Shown in pieces: positions 38,142-54,910 of a stretch of DNA of 64,000 bases. The DNA is from the human T2T-CHM13v2.0 reference genome, Homo sapiens. Within the stretch, counting starts at the first letter, position 1. Each line of letters begins with the position of its first letter. The stretch is from NCBI RefSeq assembly GCF_009914755.1, contig NC_060942.1; one strand, written 5' to 3'. A program made the position numbers and the translations under genes. The notes under the pieces were generated by a model. The model saw only the letters and a program-made list of their open reading frames with translations. It ran no database searches and was not told where the DNA came from.

Positions 38142-38441
38142 GGCCAGGTGCGGTGGCTCACGCCTGTAATCCCAGCACTTTGGGAGGCCGAGGCAGGAAG
38201 ATCACGAGGTGAGGAGATCGAGGCCATCCTGGCTAATATGGTGAAACCCCGTATCTACTAAAAATACAAATAATTAGACTGGTGTGGTGGCGGATGCCTG
38301 TAGCCCCAGCTACTCCGGAGGTTGAGGCAGGAGAATGGCGTGAACCCGAGAGGAGGAGATTGCAGTGAGCCGAGATTGAGCCACTGCACGCCAGCCTGGG
38401 TGACAGAGAGAGACTCTGTCAAAAAAAAAAAAAAAAAAAGA
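38142..38441 (+). mobile_element. AluY
   Basis: gatcacgagg...gagatcgaggccatcctggctaa and gagaatggcgtgaaccc. TSD agcaccta. Confidence 0.95.
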
Positions 38442-39857
38442 AGCACCTAGAAACATAACTTCAAAATACTTGAATACAAAAACTCTTAGAACTAAAACAA
38501 AATTCACAATTTTAATGTAAGATTGCATTTCCCTATTTTAATAATTGACAGGATAAATTAAAAATTAGTAAGGATATAGAAGCCTTGAACAAAATGCCCA
38601 CCTAACTTTACCTAATTGACATTTAGACTAACGCTCCAACCCAAAAAGAACAGACGACACATTCTCTTCAAATCTACATGGAAGGTTTTCTAAAATAGAC
38701 TGTGTTCTGGGCCTTAAGAAAAGTCTTCATAAATTTGTAATGATTCAGGTTATACAAACTATTTTAGTTGACCATATGGAAATAAGTGAGAAATCAATGA
38801 CAGAAATATACCTGAAAATTCACAATACATATTTGAAAACTAAATAACCTATTTTAAATAATGTAACCATGGGTCACAAGATAAACCAAAAGGGAAAAGA
38901 TAAAGTTAAACATAACATATTAACATTTATAACCTTCCAGAAAATCAAAATGGAGGATATATTTTTCAATTTATTCTGTGAAGTCAGAATCATCCTGACA
39001 TTAAAACCAGACAAGGACATTATAAGAAAACTACAGAACAATGACTCTAATAAATGTAAATATAAAGATGATATTCAAATAAATAAAAGCCAAATCAAAT
39101 TCATCAACATATACAAATATGTCATGATACAGTAGGTTTTATTACAGGAATGAATGTTGACTTACACTTCAAAGTTCAATCAATATAATTCACAATTTTA
39201 ACAAACTAATAAAGGAAATCCATATAATCCTTTCAACACGAGCAGGAAAGTAAGTGACATAACCCCAAATCCACTGATGATACAAATTCTTACCAACTAG
39301 GAATTAAAAAAAAAAATTCCTCAACCTAATAAAGGTCAACTATGAAAAACCTAGATATAGCATCATACATAATGATAAAAGACTGAATGCCTTTTTCCTG
39401 AGGTCAGGAATAACACAAGATATCTTCTTTTAAATCCTCTATCACTGCACTGGAAGTTCTGACAAGTGCAATTAGACATGGAAAAGAAATAAATGCATCC
39501 AGATGGAAAAGGAAGAAGAAATAATCTTTATTTGCAAGTGAAATAAATGTTTATGCAGAAAATCTGGTGGAATATTTAAAAAATTTTAAAACTAATAAGT
39601 GAATCTAGCAAAGTTGTAAGATTAAAGAAAAACAATATTAAAGATTAGTTTTATTTATGTGTACTAGTAATGGACAGATATTGAAATTTTAAAATGCTTT
39701 TACAGTAGCACAAAAATGAAATTCTTCAAAATGAATCTAATAATGAGATGCAAAAGACATGCATTGGAAACTATAAAACATCTATAGAAGTTAAGGACAA
39801 GTAATGGAATGAAAAAGTTGAGTGTTCATGGTTAAATGGTTCAACGTTGTTAGATAT

Positions 39858-40353
39858 TATATTAGTCTGACTGGGCTGCAGTAAAAATATACTACAGCCT
39901 AAATGGCTTAAAGAAGAGATGTTTATTTTCTCACAGTTCTGGAGGCTTGAAGTCCAAAATCAAGATGCCTGAACAGTTGCTTCTAGTAATGCCTGTCTCC
40001 CTGGATTGAGATGTCCACAGTCTTGCTGTATCCTCACACGGTAGGGAGTTTCTGCTTCAGAAGATGAAAAGGTTCTGGACACGGATGGCGGTGATAGTTG
40101 CATAACAATGTGAATGTACTTAGTTCTGCTGAACTGTGTGTGTGGAGAGAGAACTCTGGAATTTAAAAAAAGAGATCTCTGATGCCTCTTCCTTTTCATA
40201 TTGAGGACATTGATTCTATTAGATTATGGCTCCATTTTGATGACACCATTTAGTGTTAATTACACCCTCAAAGACCCTATCTCCAAATTCAGTCAGTGAG
40301 GTTTAGGGCTTTAATACATGAACTTGGGAGGGGGCACAATTTATTCTATCAAA
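39858..40353 (-). mobile_element. MLT1A-type MaLR solo LTR
   Basis: tttattttctcacagttctggaggcttgaagtccaaaatcaag and aaagaccctatctccaaat. 5-bp TSD gata(t/c) at 39853-39857 and 40354-40358. Confidence 0.85.
40041..40138 (+). mobile_element. Internal L1MB 3' UTR fragment inside the MLT1
   Basis: gaagatgaaaaggttctggacacggatggcggtgatagttgcataacaatgtgaatgtactta...ctgaactgt. Confidence 0.75.
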
Positions 40354-42689
40354 GATACCAATTCTCCCAAAAATTTATCTGTCGATTCAATGTATTCCTA
40401 ATCAAAATTCTGGAAGGTGCTTTTGAAAAAAAATTCACAGGGTGATTCTAAAGTTCATATGGAAATACAAAATACTTAGACCAGCCAAATAAACTTTGAA
40501 CAGGAAGAATACATTTGAAGAGCTAACACTATCTGATTTTAAAACTTGTTAAAAAGTCACAGCCAACTATAGCATAGTATTGGCATAAAGATAGACAAAC
40601 GGATCAATGAAATTGAATAGGGAGGAGATGCAAAGGTAATTCACTGGAGACAGAATAGTCTGTCTCCATCATCGGTGCTAGAACAATTGGATACACTTAT
40701 TTAAAACAATAAACTTTGATTTACACCTCGCATCATAATTTAATTATCAACTCAAAATTGATTTTATCTAAATGTAGAACCTAAAATTTCTATGGAAAAA
40801 TATAATGGAAAAAACTCTGGATTAGCCAAAAACATTTGTTACATGTGACACTAAATCCATTCAAAAAAAGAAATATTGGGCTTAAAATCAACACATTTTA
40901 AAACAAACTTTTGCTATTTGAAGAACACCGTTTAAATAATAAAAATAATCCATAGGCTGAGAAAAAGAAATGTTAAATAAAATCTTTGATAAAAGACTGG
41001 TTTGAGAAATATATTAATAATTCTAAAATCAACAATAAAAAGTATTTGTCAATGAAATTTTTTAAATGGGCAAAAGATAGAGAGTTCACAGAAGAAATTA
41101 TACCTATAGTAAATTAGAACATGAAAAGATGGTCAACGTCATTAGTCATTAGAGAAAACTAATTTCAAAGCACATCAAGATACCCGTGTGTACCTATTTA
41201 TCTAATAAAAATTAAAAACATAGATCACAGTTAGTGTCATTGAGGCTATTTAGGAACTAAACTCACATATACTGCTGGCAGGAGTAAGGCCTCTTTGGAA
41301 AGCAGTTTTGCAATTTATTAATATACTGTATGATCTATCAATTTAATTCCAAGTATTTCCCCAAAGAAATGAAAAAGGGCCCATTCAAAGATTTGTATAC
41401 AAATGTTCATAGAAGTTTTAGTCGTCATATTCCAAAATTGTAAACAATCTAAATATATATTAACAGTTGAAAGGATAAACCAATTGTGAGATATCACACA
41501 ACAGAATACCACTGTATAATTCATAGGAATGAGTTATCAATACATGGTAAAACGTGGATAAATTTTAAAGTATGGTAAAACATGAATAAATTTTGAAATA
41601 ATTTCATTAAATGAGGGCCGCGAGACAAATAAAAAGGAGTACATACTGTGGGATTCCATTAACGTAAGTTCCTAGAAAATGGAAATTAATCTCTACTGAC
41701 AGAAAGCATTTGATATTTTCCTTAAGATGAATGTGGGGTAAACAACTAAAGAAGAGAGTGATTCAAAAGGACCCAGGCAATCTTGAGGGCTGATGGATCT
41801 GTTTATTACCTTTATTGTGGCAGGGGTCTTTTGAAAGTATACTTATATAAAAATTATCAAATTATAAAAGTATAGACAGTAAATTGTGTGTCATTTTTAT
41901 CTTGATTATGCTCAAAATATTGGTATAAAGTTACTTTAAACTTCAAATGAAATATCAGACACCAAAGTCTTGAGATATTTTGTGAGAAAATATTCTTAAT
42001 AAAACAGTAACGTTATGATGAAATTGCTACTCTATTTTTTAATTAGAATTCAATATATTATATAGAGAACTACATTTCTAGGATCTCCCAAATTGTAAAA
42101 CTTATGCTATTAAATTTAACATGTTATTCAGCAACCAAGTTGTTATTACTATTTTCTCTCGGCAGTAGCTCCATCATATTCTGCACAGTATAAAAACCTT
42201 ATTTACTGTGGTGCTTTAAGTTGCCTCTTCTGCTTCTACAGCAGTTTTGAAAATGACTCAGCATAAACTCTTTCTAAACCTATTCTTAGTGATCCTGTAG
42301 TACTTCTGACCTGCTCTGCTTCGGAGGTACAAGACAAAACTGAGGATTTGCAAGTTCTTGTAAAGAAGGGTCTTGAGTCTCTGGCAGTATATTTGATCTT
42401 TGCTTTCCTGACTAAAGATGTATCCTTTGTAATAAAACTCTCTGTATGCACCAAGCTTTGGTAAAAATACAAGGTCTGAAAAGAAAGGAGGGTTTACTCA
42501 ATGAATTTGAAAGTCGGGTAAAATAAAAAAGACCCAATTCACCCTCACTTGTAGTTATCTTTGACAGCAATTTTGGTTGTCATATCTATGTGACCTCCAA
42601 GTAAATGCTTCATTTCCCACTGGACAGCAAATTGTATAATTTTAGTGTTATCACATGAGAGGAGAGCACTATTAGAAGTTAAACCAATT

Positions 42690-43140
42690 GAACCTTGGAA
42701 CAGTTTAGAGAGTACAGAAACAGACCAATAAGGAAATGGAAATTTGATAAATGTTGCAGAGAATTACTTAATATAGGATGGTGGAGTAGCTCATTTTCTT
42801 TACACAAGAATGTGGTAATTGGTTTTTACTTACAGTCATACAAAAATATTCTTCAAATATGACAGAAAAACTTTAAAAGTTTTAGAAACATGTACTGATG
42901 TTCTGAACTTTGAGTAGGAAGAGATTTCATAGGATTAAACAAAGTTTAAAATAAAAATTAATGAATAATAAATACAAATGTATTAATATAAATATATTAA
43001 GATTGAGCTTCTGTTAATCAAAAATAATCATAACTAAAGATAAGCCAGCAACTGAGATAAGAGGTTTACAGCACACATAAGCAAAAAAGTATCAGTATTC
43101 AAAATATAGAAAGAAATTATCCAATCAATAGGAAAATACT
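42690..43140 (+). mobile_element. Ancient L1ME ORF2 3' remnant
   Basis: tggaacagtttagagagtacagaaacagacc and cagtattcaaaatatagaaagaa...aatcaatagg. Confidence 0.5.
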
Positions 43141-43144
43141 AGAT

Positions 43145-45905
<2,761 letters not shown>

Positions 45906-46339
45906 AAAACAATAAACATCGTATTAGAAACATAGTCAAAACACATCATTAAACATAATTAATAACCGGGGAAACACAGCATAAAACTGTAACGTATATA
46001 ATCTTTATACCCAAAAGGGAAACATTAAGACAGTTTACCAACAGAAGATTAGGGTCAACAATATTTCTTCTGAGATACTTATTTTCTCAAATACTTTCAG
46101 GAAAATTGTCAACTTAATGCAAAATCATCCCATTGAGCAATCCATCTTTTAGCTCATGTTTCTTCTATGTTAAGACAAGTACATATTTCTTCTCCTATGT
46201 TTTACTTTAAAATAGTTACATTACAGTCTGAACGCTGAAAATTCTTGCTATAACAAGAATATTCATATGGATAAAGTCTGTTAAACATAATAAATAATGC
46301 TGTATATCCTCAATTGTATTTCTTCACGGCAAAGGACAC

Positions 46340-47440
46340 TGTTGTGGCCTCACTGGATCCATTCTTCTGAGCCTATGCACTGACTCCAAGCTCTTGGGAG
46401 TGGTGGCTGCTCAGAGTTCTCAGCTTTCCCTTTCTGTGGTCACCTGACGCAGAGGTTATCACACACACACACACATACCCCTCCTGGGGAAGCTTTCAGC
46501 TGACTGACCTGGGACAAGAAAAGACCAGCAACTTGCCAGAGAATGAGACCAATTCTGGAGCAATTCATGTTCCAGAGTTCTGCAGGGATCAACTGAGGCT
46601 AGTCACGGGTTCCTGAACCTTCAACATAGGCTTTACTTTTAGGGAACTCAAACAAATGATAAGGAAGCAGGGCAAGGACGTGCTGCGTAGAGAAGGGAGG
46701 GTCCCTAGCTAGGGCTTCACCCCTGGGCTTGTGCCCACGGACCTAGATGAGGACAAGCATTTCTGTTTTTGCGCCTAAATGTTGTATTTTCTATGACCAC
46801 CCTGGCCCACCACACCCCTATCCTGTGCTTATCAAAACCACGAGACCCTAGCAGGCAGAGACATAAGTGGCTGGATGTCCAGAGGAACACACCGGCGGAA
46901 GAGCACACTGACAGGCTCCAGCAGACGAGGCAGGCCATCAACGGAGGGAACCACACGGAGAAAAACCACCACCACCTTCCCACTCCATTCCCCTCCTGGC
47001 CTCCCCATCCACCTCACTGAGAGCTACCACCTCTCAATAAAACATCTTGCACCCACCCTCCAAGCCCATGAGTGATCCGATTTTTCCAGTACACTAAGGC
47101 AAGAACCTGGGGATACAGAAAGCCCTTTGTTCTTGCCATAAGGCAGAGGGTCTAAGTGAGCTGATTAACACAAGCTGCCTGCGGAGGGCTAAACTTAAAG
47201 AGCTCACTGACACATGCCTACCGGGGCTTCAGGAGCTGAAACACTCAACCCTACGTGCTGCTCTGGGGTTGGATTCCCAGGACCTGCCCCGTCTGCGAGC
47301 TCCCTCTAGAGGTTTGAGCAGCAGGGCACGAAAAAAGCAAGCCACACCCCCATCGCATCCTGTGAGGGGGATAAGGAAACTTTTCCTGTTTCACCAAGAC
47401 AGTTGTTTCAGGAGTGGTCCAAGAATAAGGTTAGGAGTTG
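46340..47440 (+). mobile_element. LTR16 (ERVL) LTR plus the start of its internal region, split by LTR1
   Basis: aattctggagcaattcatgttccagag...gggatcaactgaggct. The end ttttagggaactcaaa|ccaagaca is followed by gttgtttcaggagtggtcc. Confidence 0.7.
46657..47393 (+). mobile_element. ERV1 solo LTR, LTR1/LTR27/LTR28 (HUERS-P) group
   Basis: TG...CA termini (tgataaggaagcagggc ... aacttttcctgtttca). Contains gtgcccacggacctag, AATAAA at ~47036 and gagctgattaacac. 4-bp TSD caaa/ccaa. Confidence 0.85.
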
Positions 47441-48027
47441 AATCACTTACTGGCCAACTGTCAATGAAAACTCTCTCACCTGTGATAAAATCGGGATCTG
47501 TTTAACAATTGGTGTTTTTAATACTCTGTTGAAGAGATGCCACTGCTTGTACGTGCATTAAGAGCAGCAGCATCAAAAATTACAGAAAGGGTTTCAGAAG
47601 CTTGGAAGAAAATCAGATAGAATAATCTTTTAGTATCTCGAGACAAATGATTGTGTAGTAAGGTTAGAGGATGTGGATATCATACATTTTGGAAGTGAAA
47701 TTTAAGCTAATATTTACAAATACAAAAATTGTTGGGGGAGAAGCCCTTTCCATACTATCGAGAGATGTATTTCAATGATGTATTATATTTTATGTTTAAT
47801 AATCATAAAAGATTAAAATATTTACTTCTTGGTAATTTGTGTAGTAAAAATAAGTTTGACAACTCATTTTGGAATTAATATATACAGAGATCTAATCTTC
47901 AATCTACCACTGCCCCTGAAGTTACATAGACACTGAAATTCTTAAGGATTTCCCCCATATTGAACATTATATGCCTTTCTAAACGTCTTCAACCCACACA
48001 CTTATTGTTGTGTCTGGAAAGCTCTAT

Positions 48028-48355
<328 letters not shown>

Positions 48356-50440
48356 AAGAAAACTCTATCATTTTTCATGAGACAAACTCTAACTCACAGC
48401 AAAAACACTTCAACTTTGCATTTCCATTACAGAAATAGCTCTGCCCGATATTTTATCTGTTTACATATCCCACTTCTAGCCCCTTCTTTACTTAAATATT
48501 TATGAATATAGTGAATGACTTTGTAATTTGGAAGGACATAGTTAATCATATTTATAAAAATATGCAAGGACAACAAAACTAGACTTTCATAATAAATTGA
48601 AAAAAGAAAAAGGAGATTTTTAAACTCAAGATGACGCCTCTAAAATTACAAAAGCTCCAAACATTTACCCAAAAAAAGTTTTCAAGGATACAGGTAAGGA
48701 ACACATCTGTTTACTAAGTCAAAATGACTCATTCAACTATTGTATAGCATGAATTGTGTCCTGTTGTAACTTTTTTCTAACACTTAATACCAAAGCTCCA
48801 GCTACAATTTCTTTTCACCAGAGAATGTTTTATGGACTTTATTATATTGACTAAACTAATTCATTTTTAGAATGATGTAGCATTGATTCCTCAAATGTAT
48901 TTTTACAGTTTTTGTTGTTTATGTTTTAATACAGGAATGAAGAACCAAAAAGACTGTACGAAGAAAAGTATTATATCTTCCTCAACTAGAAATAAATTAT
49001 TGCTAATGTCATTCCCCTTACAAGAAGAAATTTATCATAAAAAGAATAGAACAGACATATAGTATGATATACCACTACATTTTATGCAAATACTAGCCGA
49101 TTCCCTAAGTAGGATTATAATGTAGAGAGTACTGGGAAATACAAGTTTATTCCACAATCTTGACAATTCTGTCTAGCTAGATGAGTAGATAGCTATACTT
49201 TAAGAATAAACAGGTTATTCTTGATCTGAAGGGAGAAGGGCAGGTAAGAGTGAAATCAAAGAGGAATTGCAAATTTGACAATCATGGGATTTGGAGTCTC
49301 ATAAAAAGCATATTAGACAAGTTAGTTTTAGAAATCGTCTTTCTGGTTATATCAAATAACTACTTTTATAGCCTAAAGTAATCAATTATAATTAATAGCA
49401 ATATTCTATATTCTTAAGGAAACACAAGCCTTATAAATAATAATAAAATTGTAAAAATATAATTAAACTTTTTAATTTTATTGCTTCACCTTATTTTTAT
49501 TTTCTCATAATCTTACTATTAGGATTCCCATGAGTATTTAAAAGATATATAATTAGATCCTAACTTCCTCAGCTATTTGTACTCCTAAGTTTAATATGAT
49601 GTGTGGAGAATTTAAGTTTTATTATGTCCAATTGAAATGCCTGAATTGTAAACATTTGCAGCATAGATTGGTTTTAGATACATAAGCCAGCATGCTTAGC
49701 TACAACAACAACAAAAAAATGTATCTCTCATTAAGGTAACTGTGCTTTCACGGAGAAGAGACAAAAAGGATCTTTGGATGGCAAAATATGTAGATGTAAC
49801 TATCGAAGACCTTTAGCCATTTGAATTAATGTTGTTTTATAGACATAGGGAGAAATCGAAATGCCAGAATTATGTTTCAAAACTGAGAGTACAGAATTTG
49901 GAATATTGCACAGAGATTAAATTACAAAGAGTTGACGCCTATTCTTCCCAACACTGATCTCTACCATCATGCCAAAAGAGGAGTTTTGTACCCATGAGAC
50001 AAGAGCTACACATTTGTGGTATTTTAAAAGCAGGGCTTATTTGTACCCCGGCCCCACCAATACGACATTGCTCATCACTCATTACACTTTTGCTGTTTGT
50101 TTTTTCTCCTGAGTATTAAGTTGAACTGAGGGAAGATTGAAAATAATTAAGCCTGACATCAAGGCAGACAGAGAACCAAGGGGATCACAAATATATCTAT
50201 TTCTGTGGTCACAAGCTGAGGACCATTATATATAATTTGTAGTTTAAAGTGTCTTTTGTCATTATAAATGAAGACCACTAGCGAACTTAGAATTTAATAT
50301 GGCAGCTCCTTATACTATAGGCTCAGTGAGATACAATGTGAAATAACTCATTTCTCTTGACATGTGGAATATATTTAATTATATTTTAGATGCATGTTAT
50401 AATTGGTTTATTCCTACCTTTATATCCATTTAACATTACC

Positions 50441-53400
50441 TTAAATTGACACATAATAATTGTACATCTTTATGGAGTATATAGTGATGTTTCATACATC
50501 TATAATTAGCATATCCATCATCTCAAACATTTATTATTTCTTTGTGTTGGGAACATTCAATATCCTCCTTCCAGCTATTTGAAACTATTTCATATATTAT
50601 TGTTAACTACAATCATTCTACAAGAGAATACAAAATTAGAATTTATTCTTCCTATCTAGATGTAATTTTGTATTATTTAACAAATCTCTGTCCTCCATCC
50701 TTCCAACCCTCTTCGCCTACGGTATCCTCTGTTCTACTTTTAAATTTTATGATAAACTTTTTACAGATTCCACATATGAGTGAGAACAGGCAGTTCTTAA
50801 CTTTCTGTTCCTGGCTTACTTCACTTGACCATGTTCTCCAATTGCATCCATGTTGCAGCAAATGACAATTTTTTCTTTTCATGGCTGAATAATATTCCAT
50901 TGTGTGTGTGTGTGTCTCTGTGTGTGTGTGTTTGTGTATGTGTGTGTATTTTTTCCTATATCCATTAATCTGTTGTTGGACACCAGAATGATTCCATATC
51001 TTGGCTGTTGTGAATAGTGCTGCAGTAAACACAGGAGTGCAAATATATCTTCAATATACTGACTTCCTTTCCTTTGTATAAATTCCCAGTACTGGGATTA
51101 CTGAGTCATATGAAGTTCTATTTTTAATTTTTTGAGGAACCTCCATACTGTTCTCCGTAGTGTCTATACTGGTTTACATTCCCACCAAGAGTGTATAAGA
51201 GTTCTCTTTTGTCCACATCCTCACTAGCATTTGTTACTTTTTATCTTTTTGATAAAAACTATCCTAACTGGAGTGATATCATACCTCACTGTGGTTTTTA
51301 TTTGCATTTCCCTGATGATTAGGGATGTTGAGTTTTTCATATGTTTGTTCACCATTTTTATCTCTTCTTTAAGAAATGTATGTTTAGATAATTTCCCCAC
51401 TTTTAAAATCAGATTTTTTTTCTGTTGTGATGCTTGAGTTAGTTGTTGTTCTGGATATTAATTCCCTGTTGAAAGAGTAGTTTTCAAATTTTTTTACCCA
51501 TTCTGTAGGTTGCCTTTTCACTTTGCTGATTGTTTCCTTTGCTGTGCAGAAGATTTTTGGTTTGATATAGTCTCATTTGTTTATCTTTATTTTTTCTTTT
51601 GTTGCCTATGCTTTCGGGGTCCTCTTCATAATTTCTTCCCAGACCCATGGCCTGAGGTAATTCTCCTAAGTTTTCATCTAATAGATTTATAGTTTTGGGT
51701 CTTACTTTACGTCTTTTATCCATTTTAAGTTGATTTTTACATAAGGTGACATGTGAGGATCTCTGTTTATTCTTCATGTGAATATCTAATTTTCTCAGCA
51801 TCATTTATTAAGGAGACTGTACTTTTCCTGATGACTGCTTTTGGCAACTTTGCAAAAATCAATTTATTGTAGTTATATGCATGAATTTCTGGATCCTCCA
51901 TTCTGTTCCACTGGTCTATGTGTCTGTTTATATGCCAGTACCATGTTGTTTTGGTTACTATAGCTTTGTAGGATGTTTTGGAGTCTGGTAGTGTGATGCC
52001 TCCAGCTTTGTTCTTTTTGCTCAGGATTGCATTGCTTATTTGGCCTCATTATGGTTCCACACAAATTTTAGGATTTTTTTTTTCTATATCTGTGAAGAAT
52101 GTCATGGGCATTTTGATAGGAATTGCATTGAATCTACAAATTTATTTGGGTAGTATGGTCATTTGAACAATATTAATTCTTTTTCTGTATGATAATGGGA
52201 TATCTTTCCATTTGTATATATCTTCTTCAATTTCTTTCATCAGTGTTTTATAATATTTCTTATAGAAGTCTTTCACCTCATTTTGGATTTATTCCTAGGT
52301 ATTTTATTTTAGTTGTAGCTATTTTAAGTGAGATTGCCTTCTCGAATTTTTTTCAGCTGGTTCATTGCTGGTGTATAGAAACATTTCTGATTTTTATCCA
52401 TATTGACATTATATTCTGCAAGTTTACTGAATTTGTTTATCAGTTCTATTAGTTTTTCGGTAGAGTCTTTAGGTTTTCTATACATAAGATTATGTCATCT
52501 GCCAACAAAGACAATTTGACTTTCTACTTTTGAATTTGGATGTTCTTTATTTCTTTATATTGCCTAATTGGTCTAGCTAAGACTTTCAGTACTATGTTGA
52601 GCAAGAGTGGTGAGAGTGGGCATTCTTGCTTTGTTCCAGTTCTTGATAGAAAAGCTTTCAGATTTTCCCCATTCAGTATGATGTTAGTTATGGGAATGTC
52701 ATATTTGGTCTGGATTATGCTAAGGTACTTTTTTATACTGAATTTATTGACAGTTCTAACATAAAGAGGTGTTAAGTATTTTCAAATGCTTCTTCTGCAT
52801 CTATTTAGATAGTCATATGGTTTTATGTTCTTCATTCTACTGATATGATGATATATGACATGGAACCATGCTTGCTTTCTTGGATAAATCCCACTTGATC
52901 ATGGTGTCATTGGATGCAATTTGCTAGTAAATTTCTTCAGGAGATTTTTGCATCTATATTCATCAGGGATATTGGTCTGTAGTTTTCCTTTTATGCTGCA
53001 CCCTTGTCTATTTTTGGCATCAGGGTTATTCTGGTATCATAGACTGAGTTAGAAAGAATTCTCTCTGCTTGAATTATTTGGAATAGTTTGTGAAGCATTG
53101 GTATTAATTCTACTTTAAAAGTTTGGTAAAAGTCAGTAATAAAGCCAACATGTCTTGGACTTTTCTTCTGGGGAGACATTATTACTGATTCAATCTCATT
53201 AACTATTATTAGTCTGTTCAGGTTTTCTATTTCTTCTTCATTAAATTTTGATAGGTTGTATGTACTCAAGAATTTACCCATTTCTCTTAGGTTTTCAAGT
53301 TTATTAATGTACAAGTTGTTTATAATAGTCTCTAAATATCCTTCGTATTTCTGTGGTATTCATTATGACATTTCCCTTTTTGTTTCTAATTTTATTCATT

Positions 53401-54570
53401 TGAGTGAATTAATGAAATCTCTGTTTTTCTTTGAGTTTCACTAATGGTTTGCCAGTTTTGTTAATTAAAAAATGTTTTGTTGATCTTTTAAATTATTTTA
53501 TTCTCTATTTTATTTCTACTTTACTGTTATTATTTCTTTCCTTCTAATAATTTTGAATTTTGTTTGTTCTTGCTTTTCTAGTATCCCAAGATGCATCATT
53601 AGGTTATTTGAAATCTTTCTAGTTTTTTGATGTAGTCATTTATTGACATAAATTTGACCAGTACTTTTTTGCCTCTAAATATTTAATACTTACTTTTAAT
53701 ACCCTAGCCCTAACCCTAATCCCAGTAATAAATTTTATTTTTGCTTGTGTGTGAAACATTTTATTTCTCCTTCATTTCTAAAGTATAGCTTTCCTTGATA
53801 TAATATTCTTGACTGGCAGATTTTTTTCTTTTAGTACTTTGTATACCCCATTCTCTACTGGCATGTGAGGTTTCTGCTGAGAAATCAACTCTTAGTCTAA
53901 TGAAGATCTTTTCATGTGACTTATCACATTTCTCTTGCTACTATTAGAATTCTTTCTTTGTTTTTGACTTTTGACAATTTGACAATAATGTGCCTTGGAG
54001 AGGACCTGTTTAGGTTGAGTCTATTTGATGTTCTCTTGAGGTTCCTAAAAACGGGTGTTGATATCTCTTCCAAGACTTTTCAGCTACTATTTCATTACAT
54101 ATGTTTTTCAAACCTCTCCCTTCTCTTCGCCTTCCAGAACGTCCATAATGTAAACATTTGTTTATTTAATGGTGTCCCTTAGATCTTGTAGACTTTCTTT
54201 TTATTCTTTTTTTATTATTTTGGTGTCTGCCTGTGTTATTTCAAATGACCTGTATTTATGTCTAGAAATTTTTTGCTGCTTGGTCTAGTGTGCTGTTGAA
54301 GCTCTTGATTGTATATTTTATATAATACCTTAGTTCTACGAATCCTATTTGGTTCTTTTTTAAAACATCTTTTGTTTGAGTTTCTCATTCAAATCATGAT
54401 TTTTTTTTCTGATTTTATTGATTTGTCTATGTGTATGTTCTTATAGCCCACTGAGTTGTCAAAAGACTATTATTTTGAATTTTTCCAGACATTTTATTTA
54501 TTTCCTTATAATTATCCTCTGTTACTGCAAAATTATTATTTTCTTTTGAAAGTGTCATCACCTTTTTATG
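50441..54570 (-). mobile_element. L1MA4-type LINE-1: 3' UTR and ORF2 (50441-53675) joined to an ORF1 region (53722-54570)
   Basis: ORF 52991-53314 MYINKLENLREMGKFL (ORF2p LYANKLENLEEMDKFL). L1MA 3' end aattgacacataataattgtacat. ORF1 antisense gtttctgctgagaaatc. Confidence 0.88.
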
Positions 54571-54744
54571 TTTAAAGATAGATTTTAAAACACAATAAAA
54601 TGAGTACAGCTTTTAAAAAACAGGAAGAAGAGGAATTTTTGTTTTGTTTTGTTTATCAGCTAAAGCATACTGAGATCTACAGACCTTTACATTTAATAGC
54701 ATACAGTGATTGAATGGGGTAGTTTGACTGGTTAAAGATATATT

Positions 54745-54910
54745 TAGCATAAAAAGCTATGCAAGTTTATGGAAATAGCACTGGTTTTGGATTTCAGGTA
54801 CGGCTGTACCACAACATGCTATTTATATTGAACAAGTCATTTAATTTCTCAGAGTTTTAGTTTTCTCAATTATTAAATGAAAACAATAGAATAGATACTT
54901 CCCCATATAT
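54745..54910 (+). mobile_element. MIR
   Basis: Core ttgaacaagtcatttaatttctcagagttttagttttctcaattattaaatg. Confidence 0.6.

Larger units (their letters stand above)
37280..41915 (+). mobile_element. Ancient L1M (MC/MD/ME age), inter-ORF region to 3' UTR, with deletions and three nested insertions
   Basis: ORF 38869-39135 retains FCEVRIILTLKPDKDIIRK (ORF2p FYEASITLIPKPDKD). Endonuclease-region text aaatccagctatatgctgc and aagctggagtgactatattaatatcag. Confidence 0.8.

Noticed and set aside
41544-41599. 28-bp tandem duplication in an old L1 3' region
   Set aside because: Real but a routine slippage event inside a dead repeat.
46717-47505. Cluster of overlapping ORFs on both strands
   Set aside because: They lie within a GC-rich LTR where stop codons are rare, and show no recognisable protein similarity.
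48935-49000. Plus-strand acceptor followed by AATAAA as a terminal exon
   Set aside because: Both motifs are expected by chance at this AT content.
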